Of a stretch of DNA of 54,026 bases, positions 18,867 through 30,006 are shown piece after piece. The notes under the pieces were generated by a model. The model ran no database searches and was not told the DNA's origin. It was given only the letters and a program-made list of their open reading frames with translations. Position 1 is the stretch's first letter; each line of letters begins with the position of its first letter. Both the position numbers and the translations under genes were made by a program. Source of the DNA: Polyangiales bacterium (GTDB lineage: Bacteria > Myxococcota_A > Polyangia > Polyangiales > Ga0077539); assembly GCA_041389825.1 (NCBI GenBank), contig JAWKRC010000007.1:253093-307118 (forward strand), written 5' to 3'.

Positions 18867-18986
18867 TCTCGTGTCCTCCTGGACATTTCAGGCCCCGGCG
18901 GTTCGTGACCCCGGAGCGAGGACTCCCGTCGCCCATCGACGGGGGCGCGCTTGCTACCACAGCCCCCGCGCGCTGAGAAGCCCCCC

Positions 18987-19571
18987 TCAGCGCTTGGGCC
19001 GCCCGCTGCCCTTCGCCGGCTTGGGCGCGCCCGCGATCATCGCCTCGACGCCGCGCCCCACCACCTGCTCCACGAGCTCCGCCGCGCGGTCGAGCACGCC
19101 CGACAGCTCCGGGGTCTCGCTCGGGCCGAAGCCCGAGAGCACCCACTGGTCCACCGCGCCCTGGGTCGGTCGGCCGATGCCCACGCGCAGCCGCGCGTAG
19201 TCGCTCCCCGCGGTGGCCGCGATGTCGCGCAGGCCGTTGTGCCCCGCGTGCCCTCCGCCCTGCTTCACCCGCAGCTCTCCGAACGGAAGCTCCAGGTCGT
19301 CGTGCACCACGAGCACGTCCGAGAGCTTCAGGCCCATCTGCTGGAGCGCGCGCACCACCGCCCGGCCCGACAGGTTCATGAAGGTCTGCGGCTTGAGCAG
19401 CGTGAGCTCGTGCCCCGCCACCACGGCGCGCGAGGCGACCCCCGCGTACTTGTCGCGCCACTCGGAGCCGAGCGCGCGCTCGTGCACGCGGTCGAGCACC
19501 ATGAACCCGACGTTGTGTCGGTGCGATCGGTACTGCGGCCCGGGGTTGCCGAGCCCCACGAGGAGCTTCAT
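18987..19571 (-). CDS. pth: Peptidyl-tRNA hydrolase
   Basis: MKLLVGLGNPGPQYRSHRHNVGFMV...GHNGLRDI matches Pth family motifs. 194 aa. Confidence 0.9.
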   Translation of the reverse strand: MKLLVGLGNPGPQYRSHRHNVGFMVLDRVHERALGSEWRDKYAGVASRAVVAGHELTLLKPQTFMNLSGRAVVRALQQMGLKLSDVLVVHDDLELPFGELRVKQGGGHAGHNGLRDIAATAGSDYARLRVGIGRPTQGAVDQWVLSGFGPSETPELSGVLDRAAELVEQVVGRGVEAMIAGAPKPAKGSGRPKR

Positions 19572-19636
19572 CGGAGGAGGCGAAAAGGGGTGACGCGGGC
19601 GACGTCGCGCCGCCCGCGGGGGTCGTCAGGCGAGGG

Positions 19637-20305
19637 TCACTTCTTCTTGGCGGCGGGCTTCGCGGCGGCCGGAGCGGCCTTTCCGCCCTTGGCGCCCGGG
19701 GCGGCCTTCGCGGCCTCGGCGGCGGCCTCGGCGGCGGGGTCACGCTCGGGGGCCACGATCGAGACGACGGTCTGCGCCGGGTCGAGCTTCACCGACACGC
19801 CCTCGGGCAGGGTCAGCTCGCGGATGTGCAGCGACTCGCCGAGGCCGAGGTTGGTCACGTCGTGGTCGATGGCCGCCGGGATGCGGTCGGGCGTCGCGAG
19901 CACGGGCAGCGTGCGGAAGATCTGGCGGAGGATGCCGCCCTCGGACGCCACGCCCTTCGCGCGGCCGTGGAGGTGGAAGGGCACCTGCACGAGCACCTTG
20001 CGGTCGAGGGTGACCTTGTAGAAGTCAGCGTGCTCGAGGGCGCGGGTCAGCGGGTGGTAGTCGTAGCTCTTGAGCAGCGCGAGCTCGGTGGAGCCGTCGA
20101 TGTCGAGGGTGACGACGGTGTTGCGGCCGAGCGGCGCCGACAGGATCGACTTCACGGCCTTGGCGTCGACCGCGAGCGCGCGGCCCGACTCGCCGGGGCC
20201 GTAGACCACCGCGGGGATGCGGCCGGCGGCGCGGGTGCGGCGCGCGGGGCCCTTGCCGGTGCCAGTGCGGATCGAAGCCTGAACGGTGATGGTCGTGGCG
20301 GTCAT
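19637..20305 (-). CDS. rplY: 50S ribosomal protein L25 / general stress protein Ctc
   Basis: ATG at codon 17 of ORF 19637..20353 (MTATTITVQASIRTGTGKGPARRTRAAGRIPAVVYG...). The Ala/Lys-rich C-terminal tail is typical of long-form L25/Ctc. It lies directly upstream of pth, as in the conserved rplY-pth arrangement. Confidence 0.85.
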   Translation of the reverse strand: MTATTITVQASIRTGTGKGPARRTRAAGRIPAVVYGPGESGRALAVDAKAVKSILSAPLGRNTVVTLDIDGSTELALLKSYDYHPLTRALEHADFYKVTLDRKVLVQVPFHLHGRAKGVASEGGILRQIFRTLPVLATPDRIPAAIDHDVTNLGLGESLHIRELTLPEGVSVKLDPAQTVVSIVAPERDPAAEAAAEAAKAAPGAKGGKAAPAAAKPAAKKK

Positions 20306-20447
20306 GGTGCTGGATCCCTCTCCCCCATCCGCGCGCCGTCGCGAGGCGACCATCGCCCCGCGTCGTGGCCGCGGCCGTGGGTGGTTCTCTGAGGGGCGGG
20401 CGAGTACACCCGCGCCGCGCCCTTGTCCAGCGCCCCCGACGCGCCCG

Positions 20448-21053
20448 CTACTCCGCCGCGCTCATCGCGTCGGACACGGCGTTGAAGAAGCGCAGCCTGT
20501 GGTGCGGGCTCATGGGCCCCGCGTGGCGGTACATCACCCGCCCGTCGCGCGAGAGCACCATCACGTAGCTGGTGCTGGGCCTGAAGCGGTACGAGCTCGC
20601 CATCGCGCCCGACCAGTCGATGAGGATCTCGATCCCCTGCTGCCGCGCGATGTCGACCACGGCGTCGCGGGCGTAGCCCCGCGCGGGCCAGAAGTCGTAG
20701 CCGCTCAGGTTCGCGACGGGCACCACCGCCACCGTCGACGAGAGGTCCTGCGCGCGCGCGCGCTCAGAGAGCTCACGCTTGAGCGTGTCGTTCTGCTGGT
20801 TCGAGTCGCGGTCTTCGTACATCAAGATCACCACCCGACCGCGGTAGTCGCTCAGCCTGCGCGTGCGGCCCGAGGTGCCCTCCAGCGAGAAGCCCGGCGC
20901 CCGCGGCGCCTCGGGAGCCACGGGGGCCACCGCCGCCGGAGCCTCGGGCGCGGCGATGGCCACCTCGGGCGCGGGCGGGTCTGCCCGCGCGACGCTCCCC
21001 GCGCTCGCCGCCGCCAACACCCCCCACATCGCCCAGACCGTCTTCCGCATCAC
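20448..21053 (-). CDS. Hypothetical secreted protein (thioredoxin-like fold suspected, no CxxC)
   Basis: Signal peptide MMRKTVWAMWGVLAAASAGSVARA, then an Ala/Pro-rich linker, then a roughly 140-aa globular domain. It is intact, unlike its neighbours. Confidence 0.5.
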   Translation of the reverse strand: MMRKTVWAMWGVLAAASAGSVARADPPAPEVAIAAPEAPAAVAPVAPEAPRAPGFSLEGTSGRTRRLSDYRGRVVILMYEDRDSNQQNDTLKRELSERARAQDLSSTVAVVPVANLSGYDFWPARGYARDAVVDIARQQGIEILIDWSGAMASSYRFRPSTSYVMVLSRDGRVMYRHAGPMSPHHRLRFFNAVSDAMSAAE

Positions 21054-21061
21054 AGCCTCCG

Positions 21062-21989
21062 TTACGCCCTCGACGCGCGCCGCGCCAGCGCCGCCTCGAT
21101 GGCCCCTCGCGCGCCCGCCAGGTCTTCACCGACCACCAGCCCGCCCCGCCGCGTCACCGCTTCGCGCACGCCCGCCGCGCCCGCGCCCCCTACGAACCAC
21201 GGCAGCGCGCCGCACGCGTCGGCGTAGGCGCTCACCATCGCCGCCACGCGCGAGGGCTCCGGCGCGATCACCACCGAGAGGCCCACCGCGTCGGGCTTCA
21301 CGCTCGCGACGGCCTCAGAGAGGGCCGCGGCCGGGGTGCGCGCGCCGAGCTCCACCGTGCGCAGCCCCCACGACGCGAGCCGCAGCGCCGCGCCGTAGAG
21401 CCCGATGACGTGCTCCTCGTCTTCGACGCAGGCGAGGAGCACCACGGGCGCAGGCGGAGAAGGCCGGCTGCACCAACCGCGCGAGGGTGCGCACCGGGGC
21501 CATCACGCGCCGCTCGTGAGGTGCTCCTGCGCGACGGAGATCGCCCCCGCGTGCCAGAGGTCGCCCACTTCGCGCAGCAGCCGGCGCGAGCACGTGCTCG
21601 AACACCGCCGCGGCGGAGCCGGGTACGCCGTCTGCGCCACCTCGCGCTCGATCGCCGCGGGGTCGAAGCTCTGCGCGGCGTCGACGATGCGCGTAGGCGC
21701 GCGAGGTCCAGGCGTCTTCGCCCTCGGTGACCTCAGCGGGCGCCTCGTGGTCGCCCTGGTCCTTCACCACCCGCGCGGCCTCGGCGATGGCGACCCCGCG
21801 CGCGCACAGGTCACTTGGAGGCTGCTGCACCATCCGCACGTCGGACTCGGAGTAGAGCCGGTAGGCCGACGCCGTGCGGGTAAAAGCGCGGGGATGCCGT
21901 AGCGCCGCTCCCACGCGCGGAGCGTCGGCGCGGGCACCCCGTGAGCCGGCCACGACGTTGATGCGGTACCGACCCGCCGACTCGCTCAT
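21062..21989 (-). pseudogene. CarH/LitR-like MerR-family regulator with C-terminal cobalamin-binding domain, disrupted by at least 2 frameshifts
   Basis: ORF 21315..22037 begins with a MerR-type HTH remnant (YRINVVA...AFTRTASAYRLYSESDVRMVQQ). A different frame, ORF 21062..21445, encodes a B12-binding domain (VEDEEHVIGLYGAAL = DxHxxG, ...LSVV..., ...FVGGAG). It is divergent from crtI. Confidence 0.5.
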
Positions 21990-22066
21990 ACCCCGGGACT
22001 GTATCAGCTCTGCCTCAAGCGCAAAAGGTTTGTTCAACCTTCGACTTGGGGTAGAACCTCGGCCCG
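21990..22066. promoter_or_regulatory. Divergent intergenic region between the carH-like regulator and crtI (candidate light/B12-regulated promoter-operator)
   Basis: This is the only AT-enriched stretch in the area (gcaaaaggtttgttcaaccttcgacttggggtagaacc). The call rests on position alone. Confidence 0.3.
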
Positions 22067-23530
22067 ATGAGCACGGATCGACGGCGTCACGCGGTGGTGA
22101 TCGGCAGCGGCTTCGGTGGACTGGCGGCCGCGGTGCGCCTGGGGGCGCGCGGGTGGCGGGTGACGGTGCTGGAGAAGAACGACCAGCCCGGCGGGCGGGC
22201 GCGGGTGTTCCGCGACCAGGGCTTCACCTTCGACGCGGGGCCGACGGTGGTGACGGCGCCCTTTCTCTTCGAGGAGCTGTGGTCGCTCTGCGGCAAGAAG
22301 ATGAGCGACGACATCGACTGACGCCCTTCTACCGGATCCGCTTCGGCGACGGCGCAGTGTTCGACTACACGGGCGACGCGGCGGCCATGCAGAGGGAGGT
22401 GGCGAAGCTCTCTCCCGGCGACGTCGGCGACTACGAAGCGCTTCGTCGAGATGAGCAGCGCCGGATCTTCAGGTCAACTTCGAGGCCCTCGCGCACGTCC
22501 CCGTTCGGCACGTGGGGCTCGATGCTGAAGATCGCACCCGACATGGTGACTCGAGAGCTACCGCACGGTCCTACGAGCTCGTCGCGAAGTTCGTGAAGGA
22601 CGAGCGGCTGCGGCAGGTGATGTCGTTCCACCCGCTGCTGGTGGGCGGCAACCCCACTTCGACCACGTCGATCTACACACGCTCATCGCGTTCCTTGAGC
22701 GCAAGTGGGGCGATGCACTTTCCGATGGGCGGAACGGGCGCGCTGGTGAACGGCACTCTGAAGCTCATCGAGGGCCACGGCGTGCGCTTGAACGCTGGTG
22801 CAGCGCATCCTCGTCGAGGGCAAGCGCGCGGTGGGCGTCGAGCTTCGCCGACGGCTTGAGACGATCCCGCGCCGACGCGGTGGTCTCGAACGCCGACTCG
22901 GCGTGGACCTACCGCTACCTCGTCGACCCCGCCCACCGCGCGCGTGGCCCGACTGGCGCATCGAGCGCTCGCGGTACTCGATGTCGCTCTTCGTCTGGTA
23001 CTTCGGCACGAAGCGCAAGTACGAGGACGTGGCGCACCACACGATCCTGCTCGGGCCCCGCTACCAGGCTCCTCCACGACATCTTCGAGCGGAAGGTGCT
23101 CGCCGACGACTACTCGCTCTACCTGCACCACCGACCGCGACCGACCCGTCGCTCGCGCCCGAGAACTGCGACGCGTTCGACGTGCTCTCGCCGGTGCCGC
23201 ACCTCGACTCGGGCGTCGACTGGCGCGTGAAGGCCGAGCCCTACCGCAAGGCCGTGGAGCGCTACCTCTCGCGCACGGTGATGCCGGGCCTCGCCGACGG
23301 GGATCGTCACGTCGCGGATGCTCACGCCGCGGGGTTCCACGACGACCTGCTCTCGATCAAGGCGCGGCCTTCGGGATGGAGCCGGTGCTCACGCGAGCGC
23401 GTTTCTTCCGACCGCACAACAAGAGCGAAGACATCGAGGGCTGTACCTCGTGGGCGCAGGCACGCACCCCAGCGCAGGGGGATGCCCGGCGTGCTCGTCG
23501 GCGCGCGTGCTCGACTTACGGTCCTGCCGT
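22067..23530 (+). pseudogene. crtI: Phytoene desaturase (CrtI family), interrupted by many (6 or more) single-base frameshifts
   Basis: The N-terminus MSTDRRRHAVVIGSGFGGLAAAVRL (FAD Rossmann) is in ORF 22067..22321. Later CrtI blocks are in other frames: RLTPFYRIRFGDGAVFDY; RLRQVMSFHPLLVGGNP.TSTTSIYT; FPMGGTGALVNG; WRIERSRYSMSLFVWYFG; DDYSLYLH; SPVPHLDSGVDW; YLSRTVMPGLADG; GLYLVGAGTHP. The shifts coincide with G/C homopolymer runs. Confidence 0.6.
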
Positions 23531-24465
23531 GACCTACGAGGCCGACGTCGCGGAGTGCCGCGAGCGCCTTCGCACGGGCTCCTGTCGCTCGATTCTACGC
23601 GGCGTCGCTGGTGCTCCCCGAGCGGGTGCGGGCGCCCGCGTCGGCCTTCTACGCCTTCTGCCGCGTGGCCGACGACGCGGTCGACGAAGCGCCTCCCGGC
23701 GGGATGAACGACGCCGTGACGGCGTTGCGCGCGCGGCTCGCGAGGATCTACGGCGACGCGCCCGACGACACGCCCATCGACCGCGCGCTCGCGGTGGCGG
23801 TGCGACGTCACGGCGTGCCGAGCGCGGTGATCGAGGCCCTCATCGACGGCTTCCTCTGGGACGCCGAGGGACGTCGCTACGAGACGATGGCGGAGCTGCA
23901 CGGCTACTGCGCGCGCGTCGCGTCGGCGGTGGGCGTGGTGATGACCCTCTTCATGGGCCGACGTCACCCGAAGGTGCTCGCCCGCGCCTGCGACCTCGGC
24001 GCGGCGATGCAGCTCACCAACATCTGCCGCGACGTGGGCGAAGACGCGCGCAACGGCCGCGTGTACCTCCCGCTCGCGTGGATGCGCGACGCCGGGATCG
24101 ACGTCGAGACCTGGGAGCGCTCCCCTCGCCCCACCGACGCCCTCGCCGCGGTGATCGAGCGCGTGCTGGTCGAGGCCGACGGGCTGTACGCGCGCTCCGA
24201 CGCGGGGGTGCCGATGCTGCCGCGCGACTGCCGCGCGTCGATCCGCGCGGCGCGGCTGCTCTACAGCGCGATCGGAGACGAGGTGCGCGACAACGGCTAC
24301 GACAGCGTCACGCGGCGCGCGGTGGTGCCGCGACGTCGCAAGGCGCTGCTGCTCGCGCGCGCGATGACCGCGATGCTGGAGCCCGACCGGTCTCCGCGCG
24401 ACGACGACCCGCCCGCGCTGCACGCGGTGCAGTTCCTCATCGACGCGGTGCGCGCGTCAGGGTGA
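23529..24465 (+). CDS. crtB: Phytoene synthase (CrtB family); the 5' end carries one apparent frameshift
   Basis: The intact ORF 23611..24465 reads LPERVRAPASAFYAFCRVADDAVDE ... YCARVASAVGVVM ... NICRDVGEDARNGRVYLP. The upstream frame reads ...YEADVAECRERLRTGS(C)RS then a shift, then FYAASLVLPERV. This places the true start near a GTG at about 23529. Confidence 0.7.
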
Positions 24466-25023
24466 GGCGCGGAGCGCCTCGATAGGCGTGGTGCCCTCGG
24501 TGAGCGTACCGTCGTTCGAGGCCTGATCGCCCGTGACCGACGCGCGCCACGCGAGCCTGCGTTGACCGTCGCGGACGTAGACGAAGAACACCCACTCACC
24601 CGCGGTCGGCGCCTGTATCCCGGGCGGTGGGAGGGCTTCAGAGACGCGGTAGTCCGTCGGGCACCCTCGCGCGTCGACCACGCGTTGCGGTTCGTTCGTC
24701 CCGTTGAAGGCCACGTCGCCCGTGAGGCCAGAGCCGAGCGCGTCGACCACGCGCACCGTGACCTCGACCCGCGGCGTCACCAACGTCTCGGCGGAGCCGG
24801 GGACGACCGGCGCGAGCTGCGGAGCGACGACGCGCGTCTCGACCACCACACCACGAAACACCACGCCCCCCGCACCGCGGACCTCACCCGCGAGCGACAC
24901 GAGGTCGACCGGTGAGGCGTAGGAGGCTGCTCCAGAGCGCACCAGGCTCTCGTCGCAGAAGCCCGACTCGCCGCCGCACCCCGTCGTAACGAGGGCGAAC
25001 CCCAACACCCATGAACGAAGCAT
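24457..25023 (-). CDS. Hypothetical lipoprotein
   Basis: MLRSWVLGFALVTTGCGG is a signal peptide plus lipobox. 188 aa, no recognisable domain. Confidence 0.5.
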   Translation of the reverse strand: MLRSWVLGFALVTTGCGGESGFCDESLVRSGAASYASPVDLVSLAGEVRGAGGVVFRGVVVETRVVAPQLAPVVPGSAETLVTPRVEVTVRVVDALGSGLTGDVAFNGTNEPQRVVDARGCPTDYRVSEALPPPGIQAPTAGEWVFFVYVRDGQRRLAWRASVTGDQASNDGTLTEGTTPIEALRASP

Positions 25024-25041
25024 GGGAGCGAGGCTACACCC

Positions 25042-25935
25042 TCACGCGCCGCAAGGCACCGGGCGGTGGAGGGTCACCCCCGAGCGCAGCGTGCGCGCGG
25101 TGCCCTCGTTGGTCGCCTTCGCCACGAGGTCGAACCACTCCATCCCGGGGAGCTTCGCGATGGTCGCGTCGGTCTCGGCGAGGCGCGCGCGGCCCGACTC
25201 GTCGCCGAAGAGGTACGCGCCGACGAAGTCCCTCTCCTCGCGCGGGGCCATCGACCCGCCCACGGGCTCCCACAGGGCCTTGAGCGACATCGCGGCCATC
25301 TTCCGCGCGAGGGGAGTGCCGAGACGTCGCCGCGCCTGCTGGTAGTAGAAGGCGAAGTGACGGCGCTCGTCCTTCACGATGCGGCGCACGATCTGGGCGA
25401 GGATGGGGTTGGCGCTCAGCTCCGCGAGGCGGGTGTACGCGTGCACCGCGGTCAGCTCGTTGATCGCGCCCCAGGTCATGTGCGTCGCGATGAAGTCCTT
25501 CGAGATCATCGAGAGGAGACGTCCGCCGAAGTCCTGCGCGACCTCGGTCATCTTGCGCGGGCGCGCGAACTCCTCGACCGAGCGCTTCGAGGGCTCGTGC
25601 CCCGTGAGCTCCAGGAACTTCGCGAGGGCGCGGCCGTGGTAGCACTCCTCGTAGCCCCAGCAGACGAGGAAGGCCCGCGCCTCGGTGTCGGCGAGCGCCT
25701 CGGTCTCCATCAGGGCCTTCATGTAGTGCACCGTGTAGAGCTCGGTGTCCTGCATGTAGCGGATCACCGCGACCTCGCTCGGCGACACCGGGTATTTCGC
25801 GGCGTCGTCCATCGCGATGCCCGACAGGTCCAGCGGCTTCGACGCCGAGAGGAACTTGTCGAGCTGAAAGGCCTGAACCTCTTCGAAGGGCTTGAAGTCC
25901 GCCTTCGACTCACGCGCTGCGGTGCTGCTCTGCAT
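25042..25935 (-). CDS. Soluble ferritin-like diiron-carboxylate oxygenase/desaturase-like protein
   Basis: Two E...ExxH motifs at ferritin-like spacing (WGYEECYHGRAL and VKDERRHFAFYY), no TM segments, 297 aa. It resembles the acyl-ACP desaturase / AurF-type diiron families. Confidence 0.55.
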   Translation of the reverse strand: MQSSTAARESKADFKPFEEVQAFQLDKFLSASKPLDLSGIAMDDAAKYPVSPSEVAVIRYMQDTELYTVHYMKALMETEALADTEARAFLVCWGYEECYHGRALAKFLELTGHEPSKRSVEEFARPRKMTEVAQDFGGRLLSMISKDFIATHMTWGAINELTAVHAYTRLAELSANPILAQIVRRIVKDERRHFAFYYQQARRRLGTPLARKMAAMSLKALWEPVGGSMAPREERDFVGAYLFGDESGRARLAETDATIAKLPGMEWFDLVAKATNEGTARTLRSGVTLHRPVPCGA

Positions 25936-25985
25936 AGGGGGCGTGGGACTCTATACGAAGCCCGCGCCCTTGTGGATGCGCCGCC

Positions 25986-27146
25986 CTACACCTCGGCGGC
26001 GCGCTCGGCCTCTTCGGCCTCCTTCGCGCGGCGCTCCAGCACGTCGGTGCCAGGAACCGAACACGGCTGCAGCCCCCGACGAACATGCACAGGAACAGCG
26101 CCAGCACCCGCCAGCACACGAGGTACTGGATCCGTACGCCTCGGCACCCACGGAGACATCAGCGCCGACGAGCCGGCCTCTGCGATGCCCGAGGCGCCCG
26201 GCGTGGGCGAGAGGTACAGCGCGAAGTTCAACAGCGTCTGCACCAGGATCACCTTGAGGATGTCGGGCCCCACGGTGACGAAGCCCCGCGGCGTGGTCGA
26301 GAGCCCGAGGCCCAGGAGGATGAAATACGCGACGCAGAAGCGCGCCCAGAAGAAGCCCACGGTGAGCGCGAAGGCCGTCGCCACCGCGGCCTTGCCGCGC
26401 GAGAGGTAGACCTTGAAGCCCGCGTTCACCCGGTCGACGAAGTGGATCAAGCCCTGCGAGATCTTGCCGGGCTTGAGGCCCTCCTTCTCGCGGAGTCGTC
26501 GGGCGATGGGCAGGCGCGAGACCACCCCGAGCGCGCCGTGCCAGATCGGCCCCAGCGCCCGCGCCGCGTAGCGGAACACCGCCTTCAGCATCGGCGGGTG
26601 CAACACGCTCAACAGCAGCATCACGAAGCACGCGCCGAAGACCAGCGTGCTGACCGCGACGAGCACGTCGAGCGCCTCGGCGCCGGGCACGTTCAGCTCC
26701 CCCCGCGCGCGGAGCACCAGCAGCAGCACCGCCGACGAGAGGAAGAACACGATGGTGCAGAAGGCCGTGAGGAGCTCGGCCGTCGCGATGTCGGCGAAGG
26801 GCATCCCGCCTTCGACGAGGGTGGCGACCTGCGCGACGGGCGCGCCGAGCTGACCGGGCGTGATGCCCGCGACGAACATCAGCACGAACTCCGACGCCAC
26901 CGCGGTGCGGAGCTTGAGCTGCGGGCAGAGGACGCGGCCGAGCACGAACATCCGCAGTCCGCCGCAGACGCCCTCTTGCAGCGCGAAGGCCGCCGCGAGG
27001 AGGAGCCACAGCGGGCGCGCGGTGGTGAGCGCCACGCCGAGCTCGGCGCGCTGCACGGCGACCGCGCGGTACACGAAGACCGTGAAGGTCACCAGGGTGA
27101 TCGCGACGATGAGCTGGATGCCGCGGACGAGCGTGGCGCGGTTCAC
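25986..27146 (-). CDS. Polytopic membrane protein of the UPF0104 / lysyl-PG-synthase-TM (flippase-like) family
   Basis: 386 aa with about 8 TM helices. Its composition is typical of the LPG_synthase_TM domain (TIGR00374-like). The C-terminal 60 aa may be over-extended. Confidence 0.55.
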   Translation of the reverse strand: MNRATLVRGIQLIVAITLVTFTVFVYRAVAVQRAELGVALTTARPLWLLLAAAFALQEGVCGGLRMFVLGRVLCPQLKLRTAVASEFVLMFVAGITPGQLGAPVAQVATLVEGGMPFADIATAELLTAFCTIVFFLSSAVLLLVLRARGELNVPGAEALDVLVAVSTLVFGACFVMLLLSVLHPPMLKAVFRYAARALGPIWHGALGVVSRLPIARRLREKEGLKPGKISQGLIHFVDRVNAGFKVYLSRGKAAVATAFALTVGFFWARFCVAYFILLGLGLSTTPRGFVTVGPDILKVILVQTLLNFALYLSPTPGASGIAEAGSSALMSPWVPRRTDPVPRVLAGAGAVPVHVRRGLQPCSVPGTDVLERRAKEAEEAERAAEV

Positions 27147-27156
27147 GTCGCGGGCT

Positions 27157-28167
27157 TCAGCGCGAGGCCTCGATGCGCTCGAGGGAGCTCACGCCGTCGC
27201 GCGCCTCGCGCAGCGAGAACACCCCGTAGACGACGCAGGCCGCCACCGCGAGCGCCGCGCCGAGCGTCGAGTCGAGCGCGTAGCCCGCCGCCGTGCCCGC
27301 GAGGAAGGCCCCGAGCGCGATGGAGCCCACGAGGAACAGGCCCTCGACGCGGGGTCGACCGCCCTGCAGGCGGAGCGAGAGCATGCGCATCCCGTAGAAG
27401 GTGTTGACCGCGACGGCGAAGGCGACGGCCACGACCGGCGAGGCCGCGCCAGAGACGCCCGCCGCGAGGATGAGCCCGTGGATCATCAGGAACGCGAACT
27501 CGGGCGAGAGCGGGCGACCGGCTTGATGCACGCGGATCATCGAGCGGAGCATCCCGAAGGAGATCGTCACGATCGGCCAGACGTGCAGGAAGTCGTACGC
27601 GGTGAGCGGCCCGAGGTGGATCGAACGCCACACCTGCGTGCCGTAGAGCCCCGAGACGATCATGGTGCCCGAGAGCACCATCACCGACTCGATCTGGTTC
27701 AGGAGCCCCATGCGGAACACGCCGGTCTCGGTCTGCTCCCACACGGTGGTCGCCGCCGCGCCAGGGATGAGGATCGCGAGCGCGACGGCGTACCCCGGGT
27801 CAGAGCCCAGCGTGTAGATCGTGATGAGGCCGATGTAGGTCGTGTTGAGGATGTCGAGGCCGTGGTCGAGGAACTCGCCGAAGGCCGACGACTGCCGCGT
27901 GCGTCGGGCGTGCGCGCCGTCGGCGTTGTCGGCCCAGCAGTAGAGCTGCAGGAGGACCATCGAGGCGAAGAACATCCAGCCGCGCGACGGGTGCGCCGCG
28001 ATGAGGAGGCCCACCGCGAGGAGGTTCAGGAGGTGCCCCGCGTGGGTGATGGAGTTGGGGTGCACGCTCGCGGGGATGAACCGGAGCGTGGGCTCCACCA
28101 GCCACCGCTTGTAGTAGGGCAGCATCAACGAACGGTCGTCGGCCTTGTAGACGGGTGCGTTCGCCAT
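27157..28167 (-). CDS. CDP-alcohol phosphatidyltransferase family protein
   Basis: DNADGAHARRTRQSSAFGEFLDHGLDILN matches the D-G-x2-A-R...G-x3-D-x3-D signature. It is a multi-TM protein. ATG at codon 16 of ORF 27157..28212 (MANAPVYKADD). Confidence 0.7.
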   Translation of the reverse strand: MANAPVYKADDRSLMLPYYKRWLVEPTLRFIPASVHPNSITHAGHLLNLLAVGLLIAAHPSRGWMFFASMVLLQLYCWADNADGAHARRTRQSSAFGEFLDHGLDILNTTYIGLITIYTLGSDPGYAVALAILIPGAAATTVWEQTETGVFRMGLLNQIESVMVLSGTMIVSGLYGTQVWRSIHLGPLTAYDFLHVWPIVTISFGMLRSMIRVHQAGRPLSPEFAFLMIHGLILAAGVSGAASPVVAVAFAVAVNTFYGMRMLSLRLQGGRPRVEGLFLVGSIALGAFLAGTAAGYALDSTLGAALAVAACVVYGVFSLREARDGVSSLERIEASR

Positions 28168-28319
28168 AGGAGCTCTCGGGTCAGTGTGCGCGCGGTCTCG
28201 CGGTCGACGCAAACTCGCTGCGCGTGCGTAGCCGCGGTGGCACAGGCGCTTCGCGCGCTTCGCGCGGCGCGTCGGGCCACTGGCGCGGGGCGCGCGAGGG
28301 CCCGTAGTCTCCGGGCGCC

Positions 28320-29963
<1,644 letters not shown>

Positions 29964-30006
29964 ACGTGTGGTCCTCGACGGCCGCGGGGTGAGAGACTCC
30001 GCGGCC

